64,000 bases of DNA, from positions 372,001 to 436,000 of the forward strand of contig QPMI01000054.1 of the NCBI GenBank assembly GCA_004431415.1, in the 5' to 3' direction. The stretch comes from Cyanophora paradoxa CCMP329. Taxonomy: Eukaryota; Plantae; Glaucophyta. The notes beneath the pieces were generated by a model that had not been told where the DNA came from, searched no databases, and saw only the letters and a program-made list of their open reading frames with translations. The translations under genes and the position numbers were made by a program. Positions 56,992-64,000 of the stretch are shown piece by piece (the stretch's first letter is position 1; each line of letters starts with the position of its first letter).

Positions 56992-59035
56992 ATGGCGCCG
57001 CCGTCCGGCCTTCCCGGGCCTTCCGCCATCGCTACGAGCGTCTTCAACGCTACAAGCAAGCCGCCTGCATCTCCAGCTGCGCTAAGCTAAGGCTCTCTGT
57101 TGCGGGATCTGACGAGTCGAACTCTTGTTGTAGCTTCTTAGTTGGCTCGATTGTCGTACCCCGGCGTGGGCCTGCGCTGGCCGCAGTCCTGGCCCCTGGG
57201 CGCCCCTATGCACAGGTCGGACTCTTCGCAGGTGGCAGAGCTGCTCGGCGGCCTCGGTGAGCCGCCATACGCATGTTCCCGTGCTTGCCGCAGTGCCTGC
57301 GCTGATCGCTCGCTCGGGCAGCGGTGCGCGGAGGAACCCCGCGGGCGGTGCCAGCACCCGTGAGGCTGACCCCCGCGGTCGGCGGAGCTCGTCCGTCGTC
57401 GGGCGCGGGCCCGCCAGCCTCGCCGCGCGTCCGCCCGAGCTCAGGGGCTGCAGCGAGAGGACCGGCAGCGGCCGCAAGCCCTAGGGACGCAGCGCAGCCA
57501 CCTTCGCCCATCGGCAGGGGAGGCGCCGTGGCAGCCGCGTACGGGCGGGTCTCCGCGCCGGCGCAGCGCCCGTCGGAGCGCCGGGACGCGGCAGCGGCGT
57601 TCCAGCAGCCGCGAGCACTCGCTGTAGCTCGCCGCACGGAGCCGCTCCCGCCCTCGCCGACCGGAGCCGAGCGCGCCGGCCCTCCTCTGCCGCGGGGCCG
57701 CGCGGCCGGCGGCGCGGGGGGCGGCGCCCTCCTCGTCCCCGTCCGCCGCGGCGCCGGCCGCCCGCCCTTCGTCGGCCCGGACCCAAGCGCCCGCTCCGGC
57801 GGGCCGGGCGCGGCCCAGCAGCGGCCGCGGGCCTCCCCTGACCGCCGAAGACTTCGGCGGGGGCCTGGGCGAGGTGCCTCACGCCGCGCCGCCCGCGCTC
57901 TCGTCCCGCCTCGCCTCGCCTCACATTCGGCGGGGGGCAGATCCTCCCGGCCCGCGTCTCGGTACCCGCCTCCTCCTCCTCCCCCTCTGCCGCCGTGAAC
58001 GCCGCCGTGGGCCGCCGCTCGGCGGGCCCCTCCTCCTCCTCCTCCTCGCGCGCCCCCGCGGCCCCCGCACCCCCCTCCTCCCGCGCACCCCGCGCCGGCC
58101 CCTCCCGCCTCGCCCGGAACCCAGGTCCGCGCGCGCGCCCTCCGACTCTCCCGTACCCCCCGAGCGCGCCGCCTTCTCTCCTCACAACCCGGCCCCGCCA
58201 GAAGCCAGGGTGGCCTTCACGGGGCGCTCCAACTACGACCTCTCCTTCCTCCAGGTGCGGTACCCCCCGCACCCGCACCACACCAAGACGAAGCCCCGCG
58301 CCGCGTACCCGCGCGCCGCCGGAGCGGGGCGGCGACGCGCCTCCCGCAGGACATGTACAGCGACGATTTCGGGGACCCCGACGACCGGCCCGAGGCGCGG
58401 CGCCCCCGCCCCCGCCCCGGAGCGCTGCCTGTACCCCCCGAGCCTTCGTTCGCCGCAGCGGCTGGACGAGGAGTGGGAGGCGTACTGGCAGTGGGCGTCG
58501 GCGGGGGGCGAGGGGGAGGGGGGCCTGCCGGGGGACGAGGCGGAGTGGACGTACGAGCGGCTGCTGGCGCTGGACGAGCGCATCGAGCGCAACAACGGCC
58601 TCCGCGTCGCCGACTTCCAGCGCCTCCGCCGCGCCCGCTTCGACGAGCCCGCCCGCCCCCTGTCCGCCCCCGCCCCGCCCCGCCCGCCCTCCCCCTCCCG
58701 CCCCTCGCTCTTCGAGCCGCGCCGCAGCGTCGGCGGCGAGTGCGCCGTGTGCCTGGAGGCCTACAGGGCGCGTTGCCCGCCACCCATCCCCCCCCCCCCT
58801 CTTCTAAGGCGGGGGGCAGGGCGGGGAGATGCTGCGGGTGCTGCCGTGCAGCCACGCCTTCCACGAGGAGTGCCTCAAGCCCTGGTTCAAGGTCCGCCCC
58901 AGCGCCCCCGCCCCCGCCCCCTCCGCCACCGCCCCTGACCCGCCCTGCCCGCAGAACGAGCACACGTGCCCGAACTGCCGGCGGGACCTCCGGAGCCCCG
59001 AGGAGGGGGGCGCCGGCGGCCCCTCCGCGCCGTAG
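56992..59035 (+). CDS. RING-H2 E3 ubiquitin ligase, multi-exon (start uncertain)
   Basis: TYERLLALDERI, ECAVCLEAY, LRVLPCSHAFHEECLKPWFK|NEHTCPNCRRDL. Confidence 0.88.
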
Positions 59036-59459
59036 CGCGATTACCGGCCACAGTCTCAACACACAAGCAGTGCGCGGGCTGCCAAGGGGGCACAATGTCA
59101 ACGTTATTTTTGCGCCCCGTCCTCCATGTATATGCGTATGTTGCCGAAATAAACGCTCGATCTCGTTCCGCTTGCGCAAGCTGCCGAAGTCGGAATCTAC
59201 ACAAATTGAAATCAAAATCCTGGTATCTTAATTTATTTACAGTGATGACGTGTTACAACTGTGCATGTGCAGGGCGTCCGCAGGTCTGAATAACAGTAGA
59301 GCTGGAACCGTTGAACTGCATGGGTACAGGCCACCTCATGATCAACTAATTGAATTCGAAAGGCCAGGTTATAATTATGCCTTTCCGTGATTGAAAAACT
59401 GAAACTACTCAAAACTATAGCCTATTAGCTAGGTGTGCGGAAGTAGATCGTCGGATGTA

Positions 59460-60454
59460 TCAATGGGACAAGACTGTAGCTGCAGCTGTGTCAGATTTGC
59501 GCATCCTGAAACCAACAGCTTCCGCATGAGGCACGTCTGTCTCCTGACTGCGCATGCGCCGGCGCAAACAGGCGTAGTTAATATACAATAATCGCGACTC
59601 GTGGGTCTTGAGCTTAAAATGCAAATAGTGACAACGAACTGCTACAGCCGGGATCCGAGTAGATGGCGAGGCGCAAGGCTCGCAGGGTGGCAGCACACGA
59701 CGCGATTGCGTTGATATCGAAGCCGGCGAACTCGCCATTGAGAACAATCTGATGTCGCGAGTAAAATTGCGCATGCGCATGTGAGAGTATTCTTATAGTT
59801 GTGACCAATATATTAATGTTTTAATTCGTTTGGATTTAGGGAAAGTGGATCACGAACATCAGCCTGCTCAAGCCACCGTGTGAGGGAGGCAAGTTTGCGC
59901 TGCGCATGCAATATTAATGGACGTCGACGTCCGCTCACGATCAGCAAAATGCACACTAGCTTAGAATATTTCACTGACTCATTGAGCTGAACGCTTAGAA
60001 TTTCTATAGCTATCGAACCTGAGGCCATCGAGCGATGCCCTGAAGGCGGCAGATTTTCTTCAGGGTTGTCACGCCGACATTCAGGTTTTTCGCAGCGTCC
60101 TAAAATATGAATGTATACGTAAACGTGGTCAAGTCGCTGACATTTTGTCGCAGTGCCACAAACAATTCACGACGGTGCTCGTACCGCAAAGCACAGGTCG
60201 AAATTGGCGACAATCTGATCACGAGAGACGTCGACGGAGATTTCGTCGCATTTGCAGTTCTCTCCCACGGCCGGAGCTCGCGATTGAGATGGTTCGGCGC
60301 TTGCGCCTAGGCCCGCTTCTGCAGGTGGGCCTGCAGCTGACCCTGTGGGCGGCCGTGGCGCTGGCCGTGGTTCCAGAATCGACGACGTCGACGTTGCAGT
60401 CGCAATCGGTCCCTGGCCATGGAGCTCACTGGAGCGACATCGACCCGCATACAC
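59460..60454 (-). CDS. RWP-RK domain transcription factor, multi-exon (both ends uncertain; more 5' exons may extend to about 61.6 kb)
   Basis: Spliced reading DQIVANFDLCFA|DAAKNLNVGVTTLKKICRLQGIARWPQ|RKLASL. The middle exon 60019-60099 has canonical AG/GT borders. Confidence 0.85.
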
Positions 60455-63400
60455 ATCTGCAGCTGCAGCCTACAGGATGAAAAGACGGATGATCATGAGC
60501 GGTGCGAATAGCGCTAGCATATATATGTAGCATAAATTAAATTAGAAGGTTTCAAACCTGATCAGGAATTTTTTGAAACTCATCACGAGGGGTTGCGAGA
60601 GCGAGATTCGTCTGCATGTGTCGCAGCGTCAACGTGTCGCCGAATTCAAAGCTCGATCGAGAGTCCGGGGGCCGAATACTGAGTTGGGGCATATGCATAT
60701 GACCGTGGGCGCCGGCAGCATAAACGTTAAAATCGATATCGATATCGAAATCGATCTCGCGGTCGCAATCCTGAAGCTGCAGCTGCGGTAAATGCTCGTG
60801 CGGGGCTCGTGGTCGAGGCTCGAACACCGTGCGCGTAGAATGCAGCGGCCCATCTGCTTGCATGGACTCCGGGGATGCATGCATGTGCGCGTACGTGTAC
60901 GCATCCACCTCGACGTCGACGTCGACGTCGCGTTCGAATTCGTTGTTGCTTCTGCATCGTGCACATATATACGATCAGCGCGAGACTGTCACGTATTCTG
61001 CAGCATGCATATGGAGCTACATGCATGTCCATGTACGTATATATATACGTTTATAATTACGGTCTTTATAATTATATAAGATAATCGAACAATACCATAT
61101 TAAAGGCACCTCAATCCGTGGCCATGGGCGTACGCGTACGCGTGCACGTGCGAGTCCGCATCTTGCGCATGCGTATGCGTACGCATATGCATGTCGAGGT
61201 CCGTATAGGCGCGGATAATGGTACCGGTGGCGTCCGCACGCGCATGCGTCTCTACCTCGTCACAATCGCGATATCGATCGGCGCGCCTGTTCGGAAGCGC
61301 GGACGAGAAGATGTCTGGCGCGATTCCTGCGCTCAGGCTGATGCGTTCGAATTCGGAGCCGCTAGCGAGGCTCATTCTCTGCAAGGCTGGCTGCAAATGT
61401 TCGTGCTCCGCGTCTTGATTCGAATTCGGCCGCGCACGGACATACACATGCACATGGCCATGGGCTGGCAGATCTAGAGGTTGATGATCATCAGGTAGCA
61501 TGATCAGTTGATAGCATGCGCAGCGAAATATTAATGCATACGGTGGACGCTGATCATGAGCAAATCTAGAAGCTAGCCTAGTAGCTGCGCATGCGCGTGC
61601 TGGCCGTGGCCGAGCTCGAGGTACAGACCGTACAGCGCGCACAGCCGCGCCGGCCGGCGGCTACAATTTGCAAGCGCATGTTGGCGCCGCCGGGCCGGCG
61701 CCGCCGTTCCGTCGGTTCCGAATCTCGACCTTTGCAATTGGTGCCATGGCCACCGTACCGGTATGCATATATATGCAGCCGGCGCCGCAGGCGGGCTGGG
61801 GGGCCAGTGGGGGCCTGGGGCGGCCCGCCGCCCGCGGCTCGGGCCCGGCCGCGGGCGCCGCCGCGCCGGCCGGGGCCCGCGCCTTTACCCTTTCAAAGTT
61901 TAGTTGGCTCCTGTGCACGCGAACTTTCGGAACGGACTCTTGAAGAGTCTGAACGCGTACGGTGCCGCGTCGGTGCGGCGTACCGTGGCGTACGACGGTC
62001 CGTCGACGGACCGTCGACGGTACGGTGCACGTGTAATTATATACAGTAACCTTGACTGTACGCAATTGTTTTTCAACTTTTTGAGACCAACTGCTCGCCC
62101 GACGGCGGCCGACGCCCGCCGCCCGGATATCGATTCTATGGCCCCGGAAGTTGCCGAAAGGCCCGGAACTCAACAAAGAAAAAGAAATGGACCAATGGGC
62201 TGCCGTTCGGCGTGACGCCGTGAAGTCGACAACCACCTCCGGAAAAAATGATTCATTTCGAGCCGATTTCGACTCAGATTTCAAGTTAAGTGCTGAAATC
62301 GGAGGAATTGGATCCGGAGCTAGCACTCGACGTCACGTCCGGCAATTTTTTGCAATGAACCGTGAGCCGTTGAACAGCGAAACGTCTAATAAACATCATT
62401 GATTTTAATGATTACCGCGTTACTAATTAAAATTGTTTCTTGTGAATCAACGTGGCACCGCGGCCGGCCAAACAGCCTCTGTACCGGTGGACCATTGATG
62501 GTCCGGATCTATATAGCTACCTGGTATAGTAGTATAATAGTACCGCCTACTACCTATACCGCGTTCCGAAGTTTAATTCATGGCTGATATCGATAGCGCA
62601 GAGCGCCGCGGCCGCAGGCTGGTTGCCGGCGACTTGCAAACAGGATCCAGCCTGGCAGGCTTCGAATTCCAGGGCTTCCAACTTCCAAGCTCAAGTTCGA
62701 ATTCCGGATCCAGGCTTCTAGCGCATGCCCAATTTCGAATTCCACGTTGTGTATATACGTACAGTGCGCATGCGCTTGCGGCTGTGTACAGTGTACACGC
62801 GCATGCGCCTTTCATTCAATGCACACGTAGAAAGCTAACATGCATGCATAAGGAGCCGCGCAAGTTGCTGCGCATGGCTTTGCAGGCTGTATGCGAAGCA
62901 GCGCAGCTGCATCATCAGGCCCGTCGTGGTTATATATATAGTAGCGGCCCCGCACCGACCGTATACGTAACTAGTACTTCCGGATCCGAAATCATCATGG
63001 CATCTACCCGGTCACCGTGGCACTAGTATAGCTAGCTATAGCAGCTGCAGCGGGAGTTTTCGAATTCGAATTCCGGAGGAACGCATATGCCTACGTACTA
63101 GTATATTTTTGGAGGAACAATACTACGGTACGTATACTGCAGCTGGCCATGGTACGGTATATATTTCGCGTAGTTGTCGACGTCGACTTAAATTAGAGCT
63201 TCGACCGTCGGACTGGCACGCGTACGACGACGTCGACGTCGACCTGCCCGTGGCTGCCCTACCCGTCACGGCGTATGAGTTTGTCTGGATCGGATCATCG
63301 ATATCGGATTCCAAACAAACAGTGGGGCCTCGTGCTCAATCGCAACTTTACGATCATCTCGAGTGTTTTAGAGTACTCGAGATCTAGACGAACCCCCTTA

Positions 63401-63698
63401 TTAGTTAAGACTCCTACCGAATACTGCGGATATTCGAATATTCTATAGCTACCGCATTGCGAATATTGCAAGGGGGGAAGGGGACCCCCTTGCTTCCCGT
63501 TCCCTCGCTTCAGCCAAAATTTTTCTATGAGGCCGTTTTCGAGGTCCAGTTTGCAACACCAGAAAAAAAGGGGCTTTATTCGCATTCCGATTGGCTCGGT
63601 GGACCGGTCAGCTTTCGACTTTCGAGCATGAAAGTCGAGGGGAAAAAGTGGTTTTCGAGGGGAAAACGAACTTCTCCTCACTCCGGTCTTCGAATTTC

Positions 63699-63874
63699 TT
63701 GCGCGGTTATGCATGGAACCAGTTCTCCCTAGCTGTCTCCTCTAGATTTCCGCTTCCTCGCAGCTGCAGTGCGCCGCGTACGCCTTGCTCTTCGTTGCGC
63801 GGTTCTGCATGGAACCACTTCTCTCTAGCTGTCTCCTCTAGATTTCCGCTTCCTCGCACTGCGCCGCGTACGCC
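63699..63874. repeat. Imperfect direct repeat, about 96-bp period, two copies
   Basis: TTGCGCGGTT.TGCATGGAACCA.TTCTC.CTAGCTGTCTCCTCTAGATTTCCGCTTCCTCGCA... starting at 63699 and 63795. Confidence 0.85.
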
Positions 63875-64000
63875 GCACGGTACCCGTGCCGCCTGGACTA
63901 CTTTTGACCGCATCAAGCTTGCGCCGCTGCCTATAGCTAGCTGCGCCGCGAACAGGACCTGCGATTGCAGCTGAGCACGCCCGGCCGTGCAGATCTAGAT

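Noticed and set aside
60145-60480. Plus-strand ORF resembling a signal peptide
   Set aside because: It is antisense to the RWP-RK exon, which has much stronger support.
62440-63030. Possible Helitron or other transposon end (CACCGTGGCACTAG)
   Set aside because: No matching other end, hairpin or target duplication could be established.

Overview
GC-rich eukaryotic nuclear DNA with many tiny introns, several of them GC-AG. The host is probably a flagellated alga; a glaucophyte such as Cyanophora is a guess from intron style and a Phe-containing transit peptide. Two large insertions that look young dominate the window. (1) An 11,075-bp endogenous Polinton-like virus (3957-15031) has 428-bp TIRs differing at one position and a 6-bp CATGCG target-site duplication. 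It encodes protein-primed PolB, rve integrase, major and minor capsid proteins, packaging ATPase, an HNH-AP2 endonuclease and an AT-hook protein, but no recognisable adenain protease. (2) A 16,942-bp Ty3/Gypsy LTR retrotransposon (19506-36447) has apparently identical 283-bp LTRs and an ATATG duplication. It carries about 2,300 codons of unexplained cargo between the Gag zinc knuckle and the protease. Its primer-binding site fits the 13-bp (9/4) geometry of selenocysteine tRNA, and three near-complements of that site lie in its 3' UTR. The retrotransposon sits inside an intron of a host gene encoding an EF-hand protein with heptad, hendecad and pentadecad coiled-coil repeats. The frameshifts I traced in both elements are repaired by adding one base in a short homopolymer, which suggests long-read errors and intact elements. 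Three MITEs lie between the two elements. The remaining host genes encode an LRR-like protein, a stand-alone NPC1 N-terminal domain, a Pelle/RLK-type kinase, DUF2232, a SHIPPO-repeat protein, DPH7, FUN14, MAPEG, bestrophin, a C2-like protein, a RING-H2 ligase and an RWP-RK transcription factor. All calls come from reading motifs by eye; no searches were run.
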